A stretch of 64,000 nucleotides of DNA from a plasmid: the sequence record NZ_CP035506.1. One strand, 5' to 3'. The first letter of the stretch is position 1. Every line of letters begins with the position of its first letter. The translations under genes were made by a program, and so were the position numbers. Positions 26,714 to 35,589 of the stretch are shown piece by piece. Under the pieces are notes generated by a model, which had not been told where the DNA came from, did no database searches, and saw nothing but the letters and a program-made list of their open reading frames with translations.

Positions 26714-29203
26714 TCAGGGGGCTGCGAGACGCATCTCGAACAGCGGACGCCAGCGGCCCTTGCCGTCCTTCATGCCGACTACGGGAAATCCGAAGCCCAA
26801 CGGATCCTGTGACCAGCTTTCATAGATGCCGCCTGCGTGGATCGCATCTTCGGCCGCGCCATCCTTGTCGGGGCGCTTCTCGCCGTCGTCCATGCGGCGG
26901 ACGAGCGTGCCGGCGGGCCAGAGCCCGGTGGCCCGTGTGATCCTGACCTGCGGGGGGGTGACGGAGGTGTCGAGTTCGGCGATCGCCCCCAGCGCGATGG
27001 TGGGAACGAAGGCCGCGTCCTTCCCCGGCTCCTTCACATACCACGATCTGAGCGCAGTAGGCGCGGGGCTGTAGATCCGGCCCCCGTTCACCGCCACCAC
27101 GTCGATGAGGATATGTCTCCGGTCCCTGGTCAGGCGGGCATTGGCGTAATGGGGGTGCACGGCGGTATCCGGGATCTCGCCGATCGTCTGGAGCGCCATC
27201 ACCGCCAGCCGCTGCATGAAGCGGGCGCTGCCATGGTCGAATGTCTCCGGCGGGCCGTAACGGCCCTGTTCGGGAGTGTTGAACTGCGCCGGAGGATGCG
27301 CCCCGCCGCTGTCGCCGATCCGGTAGTCCGAAACGACCGGCCCCAGCGTGAAGCCGTGCTGCTGGGCAAAGGCCGCGCGGGCCGCGCGCATCCCCTCCCG
27401 CCCGTTGACGCGGCTTTCCCGGTCGCTGGCCAGCACGCCGAGCGTCCAGCCCGGCTCCAGCTCGGCCGTCAGCGAATGGGCCATGTCGCCTGCGTGACCG
27501 GGCAGGAACATCGCCGACATGAGCGGCGCCACGTTCTTGCCGTTCATCGCGCCCTCGTTCATCAGCCAGTTCCACAGCACCGCCGTCACATCCCGTCCCC
27601 AGAGGTCCAGCTTGTCGGTGATGTCGGCCCATTGCCGGTCGGCCCGGGTGGTTTCCCCCCCGAGCAGCCGTGCCATGGAGGTGCCGCCCACGGCCTCGTC
27701 GATCAGCATGAAGGGGGTGCCGGGTTTCAGGCGGCGGAACTGGTTCAGGAAGGCGACGACCCCGTCGCCCCCCGCCTGCGGGCCGGCCCCGATCCGGCCC
27801 ATGACGGGCCGGCGCGCCGCATCGCCCAGCTCCTCCCGCGCTCCCAGCGCAAGGAGCCGGGCCACGGAGCCTGACATGGGCGCGTCGGGGGTGAGCCGCC
27901 GGGTCGTGTTGTCGAGCGGATAGGACGTCTGGCTCTGTCCCATGACGAGGAACTTGTAGCCCACGCCGAATTCGCTGCGTGCATGGGCGATCACCCCGGG
28001 CGCTTCCGCCAGCCGCGCATCGGCAAAGAGCCAGCCGGCCTCGCTTTCGGGAAGCGGCAGGCTCCCCGACCAGCGGTTGCCCTGCAGCGGTCCCATCGGG
28101 GTCCAGTCCTGCACCACCTTGCCCGTGGCCGCCTCGATGACGCGAAGCTCCACCGGGCCGGAGGCCTCGCCCGAGAAGGGCACGTCTCTCTCGCGCTCTC
28201 CCCGGTGCAGGCCGAAGACCATCCCCGCCGATTTCTGCTCAAGGGTGACATATTCCGTCTCCGACTGGCGGCGGAGGGTCGAGCCGGGAGTCGTTGCTTC
28301 GGGAGCGGCGGCGGTTTCCGCCACGCTGGCGGTGGGTGCCGTGCCCTCTCCCGGAGCGGGGGAGAGGCTGCCGGGTGTTCCGTCGAATTCCCGCAGGAAG
28401 GTGAGGTCCGCGGCGGGCAGCACGGCCCGGAACGGCGCGCCGCGGGCGATGCGCGACCAGTCCTCCGGGGGGGGAAGCGGCCCGGTGACGATGCCGACGG
28501 CGCCGATTTCCCCGTCCCACAAAGGGTCACGCCCCGGATTGGCCGGCCCCCCGAAAGCGGTGAGGCTGCCCCAGCCGCCGATGTTGAAAGGCGCGATCTC
28601 CCCGCTGTCCGTGACCCCGGTATCCGTGAGGGGTGGCCCGGGATGGCGGTCGCCGGTCCGGGGGGAATACCAGTCGATCTGCCATGTGCCCGTCCCGTCG
28701 TGCCAGAAGACGACAAGGGCCGCCTCCTCGTCCCAGAGGGCGCTTGCCAGGTCCACGGCGCTGCCCCGCCCTCCCATCTGGGAGGCGGTGAAACGGTTGC
28801 GGAGTTCGGGGACGGAATGTCCGGGATTGCCCAGGCCCAGCCGGAACCGGTTCCCGCCCTTGCCCGCATGGCCCATGATCCCCTTCGTCAGCCGTCCGTC
28901 GCGCTTGTCGAGCGGCAGGCGCAGAAGGGCGAAGATCGCCTGCGGACGCCCCGATCCGGCCAGGGCGATGCCCTGCCCGGGCTGAAGCAGCAGGCCCCGC
29001 CCCGCCCGGTCGGATGTCCAGTTTCCTTCCGGGAAGCGGACCGATCCGCCGGGAGCGCCGGGATCGACGGCCGGAACCGGCGGATAGGGGGAGGCGGCGG
29101 AGAGCGAAGCCCCCCCGGCAAGGCCCATGAGCAGCGCGAGTGCAAGACACCGGCGGAAGCGGCGCAGAAAGGCGGAAGGCGTCATGAAGGCGGAGGGTGT
29201 CAT
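26714..29203 (-). CDS. Large secreted protein, paralogue B of 17775..20276 (SGNH/SASA-like core, GQSQ motif)
   Basis: Signal peptide LALALLMGLAGGASLSAASP. The same conserved blocks as paralogue A. The start region contains an 18-bp tandem duplication encoding MTPSAF twice. Confidence 0.65.
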   Translation of the reverse strand: MTPSAFMTPSAFLRRFRRCLALALLMGLAGGASLSAASPYPPVPAVDPGAPGGSVRFPEGNWTSDRAGRGLLLQPGQGIALAGSGRPQAIFALLRLPLDKRDGRLTKGIMGHAGKGGNRFRLGLGNPGHSVPELRNRFTASQMGGRGSAVDLASALWDEEAALVVFWHDGTGTWQIDWYSPRTGDRHPGPPLTDTGVTDSGEIAPFNIGGWGSLTAFGGPANPGRDPLWDGEIGAVGIVTGPLPPPEDWSRIARGAPFRAVLPAADLTFLREFDGTPGSLSPAPGEGTAPTASVAETAAAPEATTPGSTLRRQSETEYVTLEQKSAGMVFGLHRGERERDVPFSGEASGPVELRVIEAATGKVVQDWTPMGPLQGNRWSGSLPLPESEAGWLFADARLAEAPGVIAHARSEFGVGYKFLVMGQSQTSYPLDNTTRRLTPDAPMSGSVARLLALGAREELGDAARRPVMGRIGAGPQAGGDGVVAFLNQFRRLKPGTPFMLIDEAVGGTSMARLLGGETTRADRQWADITDKLDLWGRDVTAVLWNWLMNEGAMNGKNVAPLMSAMFLPGHAGDMAHSLTAELEPGWTLGVLASDRESRVNGREGMRAARAAFAQQHGFTLGPVVSDYRIGDSGGAHPPAQFNTPEQGRYGPPETFDHGSARFMQRLAVMALQTIGEIPDTAVHPHYANARLTRDRRHILIDVVAVNGGRIYSPAPTALRSWYVKEPGKDAAFVPTIALGAIAELDTSVTPPQVRITRATGLWPAGTLVRRMDDGEKRPDKDGAAEDAIHAGGIYESWSQDPLGFGFPVVGMKDGKGRWRPLFEMRLAAP

Positions 29204-29299
29204 GAAAACAGGCTCCTTTCCCAGCCTTTATGACGCAGCCTCACTCGCTTTCAAGGCGAATGAGGCTGAGTGTTTCACCTATCGCGAGATCGTGCGACG

Positions 29300-31594
29300 T
29301 CAGAGCAGCAGATGCGCCTCCGCGCCCAGCACATCGGCGAGTTCTGCGGGGGAGAGGCCGCGGTCATAGACGGCGAAGCCGGAGATCGCGCCGTCGAAGG
29401 CCCATCGCAGCGCATCCTGGGTTCCGGCGGTGCTGCGGGAATTGTCGGCCCCGACGATCAGGGCCTCGGAGTTCTGCTGCCAGTCGATGCCGGTCTGCAC
29501 CTGACCGATGAGCGCATTGTCGAGCCAGACCTGCCCGATGCCGCCGCCGAAGGCGATCTGCAGGGCGTGGCCGGTCCCGGCCTCTATGCCCTCGTGTCGG
29601 ATCATGGCGGTGGTGCGGCCATCCTCGAAGGCGATGTGCAGGGTGCCGCCGCTGATCCAGGCGCCAAGGCCGTGGCCGGTGCCTTCGGCATCCTTGGAGA
29701 AGAGCGCGCGGTTGCCGTCGACGCGGTCGGCGCTGAAGCCGAAGGCGATGGTCGCCTCTGGCAGGGCGAGGGCGGGGTCATGCGCAATGGCCGTGACCGG
29801 GTCCAGCCGCTGGGCCAGCTTCTCCGGCAGCACGAGGTTGCCCGACAGATCGAGATCGCGCAGCCCCGCAAGCCGGAGGGCGGGGCCGGCGCCGGAGCCG
29901 GGGGAGACGGGGATTTCTGCGCCCAGCACATCGGCGAGTTCTGCGGGGGAGAGGCCGCGGTCATAGACGGCGAAGTCGGAGATCGCGCCGTCGAAGGCCC
30001 ATCGCAGCGCATCCTGGGTTCCGGCGGTGCTGCGGGAATTGTCGGCCCCGACGATCAGGGCCTCGGAGTTGTGCTGCCAGTCGATGCCGGTCTGCACCTG
30101 ACCGATGAGCGCATTGTCGAGCCAGACCTGCCCGATGCCGCCGCCGAAGGCGATCTGCAGGGCGTGGCCGGTCCCGGCCTCTATGCCCTCGTGTCGGATC
30201 ATGGCGGTGGTGCGGCCATCCTCGAAGGCGATGTGCAGGGTGCCGCCGCTGATCCAGGCGCCAAGGCCGTGGCCGGTGCCTTCGGCATCCTTGGAGAAGA
30301 GCGCGCGGTTGCCGTCGACGCGGTCGGCGCTGAAGCCGAAGGCGATGGTCGCCTCTGGCAGGGCGAGGGCGGGGTCATGCGCAATGGCCGTGACCGGGTC
30401 CAGCCGCTGGGCCAGCTTCTCCGGCAGCACGAGGTTGCCCGACAGGTCGAGATCGCGCAGCCCCGCAAGCCGGAGGGCGGCCAGCAGCTCCCCCGGAAGG
30501 TCCCCCGGAAGGTCCCAGGGCGGGGACGTGATCCCTTCCCCGGCCAGAAGTTCCGCCAGCTTGTCGAGCGCACCGAAACCGGCGGCGGGCCCGTCGGGAT
30601 CGCGCAGAAGGAAATCCCGCCAGTCGCCGCCCGCCCCCTGAAAAAGCTCCGCGGCGGCCTTGTAGCCCTTGTAGAGATAGTTCTCCCCGATGGTGGAGGA
30701 TTTGGTTTCGTCCAGGATGGAACTGGCGAGGTTGCCCTCCACCGTCACACCGGAATTGTCGAAGCCATTCTTGAGGGTCAGGCGGATCACGCCGCCCTTG
30801 AAGACCTCCGGCCCGGCGATGAGGGAGTTGTTCAGAATGAAGACGTTCTCCTGCCCGCCGTCGATATAGATCGTGTTCGGGCTGCGGACGGAAACGAGGT
30901 TGTCCTCGATCAGGATGTTGCGGAACCCGGTCTCCTGCGGGCCGGACAGGAAGATGCCCTGCGCGATGATCAGGCCGGTCGCCGGATCGTCGTAAAGGTA
31001 GTTGCCCCGGATGATGATGTCATGGGGGGTCATGCCGTCATAGCCGTAGATCTGGATGAGGTCGGGGTGGATGTCGGGCGTGGCCGCCACGGTATCCCAC
31101 AGGACGTTGTTCTCGATCAGGCCGTTGTAGCTGTTGCGGCTGATCTGGATCAGGTCGGCGCCCGCGCGTTCAAAGACATTGTCCGCGATGGTGAAGTCCG
31201 ACACGGAGAAGAGGTTGAGGGTGTATTTGCCCTCCGAGACATGGTTGCCGGTGATCGTGGCGCCCGCCACGTCGCGGAAGTAGAGCGCGTGCCCCACACT
31301 GTTCGTCACCGCGATGTTGCTGGAGAAGGAGGCGCGGAATTCGCCCGTCATCGTCACCTGATCGAAGGTCAGGTTCTGGGCGTCCCGGATCGTCACCGTC
31401 TCGAAACGCGCGCCCCCCGGCGTGGCGGAGGTGATGGTGACGGGGCTGTCATAGGGCAGGACATTCGGTCCGTATCTGCCTTTCAGGTTGAGCGCGCCGT
31501 AATCGCCATCCGCAAGGACGATGGTGTCGCCTCCCGCTGCCGACTTCAGGGCGGCAAGAAGCCCCTCGGTATCGGATACATGGATCGTGGCCAT
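29300..31594 (-). CDS. Beta-helix protein with two near-identical C-terminal LamG-like domains; paralogue of 20888..23101
   Basis: N-terminus MATIHVSDTEGLLAALKSAAGGDTIVLADGDYG parallels MAIKLVDSVDDLLSALRVVKGGDTILLEDGDYG. The C-terminal 199-aa unit is repeated twice, nearly exactly. Confidence 0.75.
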   Translation of the reverse strand: MATIHVSDTEGLLAALKSAAGGDTIVLADGDYGALNLKGRYGPNVLPYDSPVTITSATPGGARFETVTIRDAQNLTFDQVTMTGEFRASFSSNIAVTNSVGHALYFRDVAGATITGNHVSEGKYTLNLFSVSDFTIADNVFERAGADLIQISRNSYNGLIENNVLWDTVAATPDIHPDLIQIYGYDGMTPHDIIIRGNYLYDDPATGLIIAQGIFLSGPQETGFRNILIEDNLVSVRSPNTIYIDGGQENVFILNNSLIAGPEVFKGGVIRLTLKNGFDNSGVTVEGNLASSILDETKSSTIGENYLYKGYKAAAELFQGAGGDWRDFLLRDPDGPAAGFGALDKLAELLAGEGITSPPWDLPGDLPGELLAALRLAGLRDLDLSGNLVLPEKLAQRLDPVTAIAHDPALALPEATIAFGFSADRVDGNRALFSKDAEGTGHGLGAWISGGTLHIAFEDGRTTAMIRHEGIEAGTGHALQIAFGGGIGQVWLDNALIGQVQTGIDWQHNSEALIVGADNSRSTAGTQDALRWAFDGAISDFAVYDRGLSPAELADVLGAEIPVSPGSGAGPALRLAGLRDLDLSGNLVLPEKLAQRLDPVTAIAHDPALALPEATIAFGFSADRVDGNRALFSKDAEGTGHGLGAWISGGTLHIAFEDGRTTAMIRHEGIEAGTGHALQIAFGGGIGQVWLDNALIGQVQTGIDWQQNSEALIVGADNSRSTAGTQDALRWAFDGAISGFAVYDRGLSPAELADVLGAEAHLLL
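29322..30480. repeat. Two near-identical 562-bp copies spaced 597 bp apart (29322-29883 and 29919-30480); in-frame tandem duplication inside the beta-helix gene
   Basis: The copies differ at only a few positions on direct comparison. Six-frame ORFs 29508..29966/30105..30641 and 29602..30012/30199..30573 are pairwise near-identical. Period 597 bp = 199 codons. Confidence 0.9.
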
Positions 31595-31672
31595 GGACTG
31601 TCTCCTTCGTTGAAGAAGACAGTCTGGGACCGAAATGAGGCTCCTTTGTGGCGGGAGCGATCTTGGACGAGA

Positions 31673-32803
31673 TCAGTTCTGCCGGGCGGGGCTGGCGGTG
31701 GTCCGGGTCCGCATCGGCTTGCCGTTCAGCAGGAATTCAAGGAGCGGCGACGGCTTGATGACATGGCGGTGCAGCGCGAAGACGATCACATAGGTAATGG
31801 CCGCGACGACGAAGAAGGTCGAATAGGGGCCGAGGCCGAGGGGGCGCAGCGCGAAGGCCACCGCATAGATGACCAGGAAGTGCATGATATAGACCGAATA
31901 GACATATCCTGCCGCCTTGGAGAGCCAGGTGGGACGATTCAGGAACCGCCGGAAGACGGCCATGAAGAGCGCCACCGCGGTTACGGTGCAGAAGGCCTTC
32001 GCCACGATCCGAACCACATCGCCCGCGGCGCCGGGCAGGCCGATCTTCACCCCCGCGACCGCCACCAGGATGCCGAGCACGAGGGCCGGAATGCTTACCG
32101 ACTGGAACCGGTCCGACAGCGCCGGATAGGCGAAAAGGATCATCCCCGTTATGTAGAAGGGCCAGTAATACATGGTCGTGGGGCCGATCCATGCGAGAGG
32201 CGTTGCTTCGAGCAGCGGGTCGAGGGCGACCTGATAGCCGACCCGGAGGGTCAGGCTGGCGGCCGCGATGGCAAGGGCGAGCAGCAGGATGACCGCCGTC
32301 GGCGGCAGCGATGCGAGCCGCGCGGCGATCCGTCCCCCCGGCTTCGAAAGACGCTGGCCAAGGGCGATGAGCGTGGGAGCCGTCGCCACGAAGAAGAAGA
32401 GGGTGAGCAGGAACCACAGATGCAGGTGCCAGACGCCCGGCCCCTTCAGGCGCGCGCTTTCCGGGTTCAGGATGGCGGACAGCGGGACCGGGCCATTGTG
32501 ATAGGTGGCCACGAGCCAGTTGGTGATCGGATTCAGCAAAACGAGGCCCGTTGCCAGAGGAACCAGAAGAGCAACCGACCGCCGCCGCAGGAAATCCCCC
32601 GCAGCATATCGCTGCAGCATCATTGCGGCGAAAAATCCTGAAACCAGGAAGAAAAGGCTCATCCGGAAATATCCCGATGTCACCGCGATCCAGCGCAGCC
32701 CTTCGGGCCGGTCGAGCGTCGTGACATGGACGAGAATGCCGTAGAGCATCGCGAAGGCACGCAAAGCGTCGAGGTAGTAGAGCCGGCCGGGGGAAGAGCT
32801 CAT
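31673..32803 (-). CDS. Acyltransferase_3 family membrane O-acyltransferase
   Basis: N-terminal motif YYLDALRAFAMLYGILVHV, multi-pass membrane protein. Confidence 0.75.
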   Translation of the reverse strand: MSSSPGRLYYLDALRAFAMLYGILVHVTTLDRPEGLRWIAVTSGYFRMSLFFLVSGFFAAMMLQRYAAGDFLRRRSVALLVPLATGLVLLNPITNWLVATYHNGPVPLSAILNPESARLKGPGVWHLHLWFLLTLFFFVATAPTLIALGQRLSKPGGRIAARLASLPPTAVILLLALAIAAASLTLRVGYQVALDPLLEATPLAWIGPTTMYYWPFYITGMILFAYPALSDRFQSVSIPALVLGILVAVAGVKIGLPGAAGDVVRIVAKAFCTVTAVALFMAVFRRFLNRPTWLSKAAGYVYSVYIMHFLVIYAVAFALRPLGLGPYSTFFVVAAITYVIVFALHRHVIKPSPLLEFLLNGKPMRTRTTASPARQN

Positions 32804-32913
32804 GTGACCTCCTGAGGAAATGCGGCGGCCGAAAATGGTTAATAATTTTCAACCACAGGTAGAATTCACTAAATCTCTAATAAGGTAAAGCGTAATCCCG
32901 CCCGCCCCCCGGT

Positions 32914-34347
32914 TCAAGCGGGATTTTGCCTGCGCCCCCTTTGCAGCTGCCATCGGCCGAGGAGCCAGCCCCGGAGGCTGACCATCCCCAGAAGGGAGGC
33001 CGCCACCAGGGCGACGAGCGGGATCTGCACCCAGTTGAAGTTGCCGAATACCACGGGCACCGGCGGCAGCAGCCAGGTGTCGAGCGCCAGCGCCCCGAGG
33101 GCCAGCGCCCACCACAGGAACGGCCCCGTCAGCTTGCGAAGCGGCACCCGCAGCCAGCTGCGCAGGATCCACAGGGAAAGCGCCAGCCCCATCAGTTCGC
33201 CGATCACCGCCGTGACCACCACGAAGACGAGCCCGTAGCCATGGTCGAGCGCATACCACACGAAGGGAAACATCAGCACCCTCGGCAGGTTGCCGAGGAA
33301 CATGTTCTTGGTCTCGCCCCGCGCCAATGCGACGACGGAAACGCCGGTCTTGGCCAGCCGGATGCCCTGAACCAGCGCCAGCCAGACGAGGATGTCCAGC
33401 GCCTCGGCATATTTCGTCCCGAACAGCAGCAGCACCAGATCGTTGCCGAAGAGCGAGAAGCCGAGCACGACCAGCACACCCATCGCCATGCCGAGCTCGG
33501 TCGTGACATGGGCGAGGCGGATGAAGGCCTGTTCCTGATCCTGCACCGCGGAAAGCCGGGGCAGAAGCAGGCGCTGCACGCTCTGCATCAGGACGTTGCT
33601 GGCCGTCAGCGTCAGCATGAAGACGACGGAGAACTGGCCGAGCGCCTCGATGCCGAGCTGGTTGGCGATGATGACCCTGTCGCCCTGGAACACGATGAAC
33701 AGCATCATCGCGGCAAGGAACAGCGGCCAGCCGAAGGACATGGCCCGCCGGAAAATGCCCCAGTCCCAGGCCAGCCGGTAGGGACGGGTCGCCGTCGCAT
33801 GGGAGATGACGCAGCGCAGCACCTGCTGGAACACCAGCGTCCAGAGGGCCATCCGATAATCCCCGAACAGATAGTACATCGGGAAGATGGCCAGCAGCGC
33901 CCCCAGTTCCGACCCAAGCATCACCCAGATGACGGGGCCGAAGCGGTAGGAGCGCTCCGCGCGCGCCATGTCGAGATGCCAGAACCCCTGGATCAGCGGC
34001 ATGACCGCCATCACCTGAAAGCCCCAGCCGACCTCGGGCACGCCCATCAGATCGGCAAGCGGCTGCGCGGTGAGGAACAGCAGCAGCGCCAGCAGGATAC
34101 CGCGGACCACCTGAACGGCCTGGAGGACCGCCTGCATCCGGGGCGTGTCGCCGTTCTTGTCCTGCACGAGCAGCCGGTCGAGACCGAGATAGCCGATCAT
34201 CTCGATCAGCGCGAAGATCACCGCAAAGGTATTCGCCGTCCCGTAATCCGAGACGGTCAGCATCCGCGCAAGGGCGATGTTACGCAGGAACTTGAGCACG
34301 GCGATGCCCATGTTGCTGCCCAGAACGGCAATGGCGGAGCGGATCAT
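32914..34347 (-). CDS. Polysaccharide biosynthesis protein / Wzx-type oligosaccharide flippase (MOP superfamily)
   Basis: 477 aa, about 12-14 TM helices, N-terminal LGSNMGIAVLKFLRNIALARML typical of Wzx/RfbX. Confidence 0.8.
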   Translation of the reverse strand: MIRSAIAVLGSNMGIAVLKFLRNIALARMLTVSDYGTANTFAVIFALIEMIGYLGLDRLLVQDKNGDTPRMQAVLQAVQVVRGILLALLLFLTAQPLADLMGVPEVGWGFQVMAVMPLIQGFWHLDMARAERSYRFGPVIWVMLGSELGALLAIFPMYYLFGDYRMALWTLVFQQVLRCVISHATATRPYRLAWDWGIFRRAMSFGWPLFLAAMMLFIVFQGDRVIIANQLGIEALGQFSVVFMLTLTASNVLMQSVQRLLLPRLSAVQDQEQAFIRLAHVTTELGMAMGVLVVLGFSLFGNDLVLLLFGTKYAEALDILVWLALVQGIRLAKTGVSVVALARGETKNMFLGNLPRVLMFPFVWYALDHGYGLVFVVVTAVIGELMGLALSLWILRSWLRVPLRKLTGPFLWWALALGALALDTWLLPPVPVVFGNFNWVQIPLVALVAASLLGMVSLRGWLLGRWQLQRGRRQNPA

Positions 34348-35522
34348 CGACGTTTGGCGCTCGCCTCGGTGAGCAGGTCGCGCAGCGTCGCCTCATAGAC
34401 CTTGAGGCGGGCATCGGCATTGCCGAAGGCCGCGGCCACTTCGCCGGCAAGCGCCTCGCGGCCCTCATATCCCTCGCGGATCCGGGCCAGCACGGTTTCG
34501 TTGTCGAGCGCCTTGAGATCGACCGTCCGGTCGTAGCCCAGCGTGCCGAACAGGCCCGCGAACTTCCGGCTGTAGGCCATGGGGATCACCGGCACGCCGC
34601 TGGAGAAGGCGGCGATGGTGGCATGCATCCGGGCGCCCATGAAGAAATCGAGCCCGGAGATGTAGCTTTTCGCCTCCGAGGGGCTGCGGAATTCCGGGGC
34701 CAGGATGAGCTCTGGAAATTCGGCGGCGATTTCCCGGTTCGTATGGGCGTCATCCTCGGCCGAGCGGTCTCCCGGCAGGACATGGGCCACGAGATGCAAC
34801 TCCACCTCCGGCCGGGCCTGGAAATCGGTGATGATGCTGCGGATGAGCGCGGGATAGTCCACCGTCAGGCCGAACATGTTCTTGCCCGTGTAGCCGCCGC
34901 GCATGAGCAGGCCGGAGACGTTCAACCCGACCTTCACCTTGCCGCCCGGCGCCCGTTCGGGCCGGGTATAGGGCAGGCGCATGGCGACGTCGGTTGCCTC
35001 GCCGATCGTGCCCTTGAACCCCGCCTCGCGCAGGAAGTCGGTCGAGAGCTTGTCGCGGGTGAAGACTGCGCGCGACTGGCGGACCGAGGCCATGGCGAAG
35101 TCGCGCGTGCGCCCCGGTTCGAACGGGCCCATGGTCTGCGGGCTGAGCACGAGGGGCTTGCGCGCCGCATGGATGACGAATTTGGAGGTCAGCATCCGCC
35201 GGATCCGGCCGGGGCCGTAGATGTCGGCGAAGCTGTCGCCCGCCCCGATATCGAGGATGAAGTCGCATTTCATCACGCGTGCGAGCAGGCGGTCCGGCCG
35301 CACGAGATCCACGGTCCGCATCCCGAAGAGCTCGACATTGTCGCCTTGGATGTAATGCGGGAAATTGTCCTTCGCGGTCATGATGATGTAGCGGACCGAC
35401 AGGCCGAGGTCGCGGGCCAGGCTGTCGACGATATGCATCTGCGAGACGGTCAGTGCGCCGACGCCGAGGTTCGGGGAGTTGGACGAATGCCAAATCAGTC
35501 CAACCGTAATGTTCTTCTTCAC
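34344..35522 (-). CDS. Polysaccharide pyruvyl transferase (WcaK/ExoV/PssM family)
   Basis: 392 aa with PS_pyruv_trans-like organisation (GLIWHSSNSPNLGVGAL N-terminus, central FMGARMHATIAA motif). 4-bp overlap with the wzx start. Confidence 0.8.
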   Translation of the reverse strand: MKKNITVGLIWHSSNSPNLGVGALTVSQMHIVDSLARDLGLSVRYIIMTAKDNFPHYIQGDNVELFGMRTVDLVRPDRLLARVMKCDFILDIGAGDSFADIYGPGRIRRMLTSKFVIHAARKPLVLSPQTMGPFEPGRTRDFAMASVRQSRAVFTRDKLSTDFLREAGFKGTIGEATDVAMRLPYTRPERAPGGKVKVGLNVSGLLMRGGYTGKNMFGLTVDYPALIRSIITDFQARPEVELHLVAHVLPGDRSAEDDAHTNREIAAEFPELILAPEFRSPSEAKSYISGLDFFMGARMHATIAAFSSGVPVIPMAYSRKFAGLFGTLGYDRTVDLKALDNETVLARIREGYEGREALAGEVAAAFGNADARLKVYEATLRDLLTEASAKRR

Positions 35523-35589
35523 TGTTGTCCTTTCCGCGCCGGGGGGAACGCAGCCTTGTTTTTATGGGGTATGGGGGAAGAGGGACCGG

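Noticed and set aside
29322-30480. Tandem 597-bp period repeat as a possible mobile element or assembly artefact
   Set aside because: It has no IRs or transposase, and it is an exact in-frame domain duplication within one ORF. An assembly artefact cannot be excluded from sequence alone, but the intragenic domain-duplication reading is kept.
29270-32641. 1123-aa ORF on the plus strand
   Set aside because: Antisense to the beta-helix and acyltransferase genes. Arg/Gly/Asp-rich, typical of high-GC reverse-strand artefacts.
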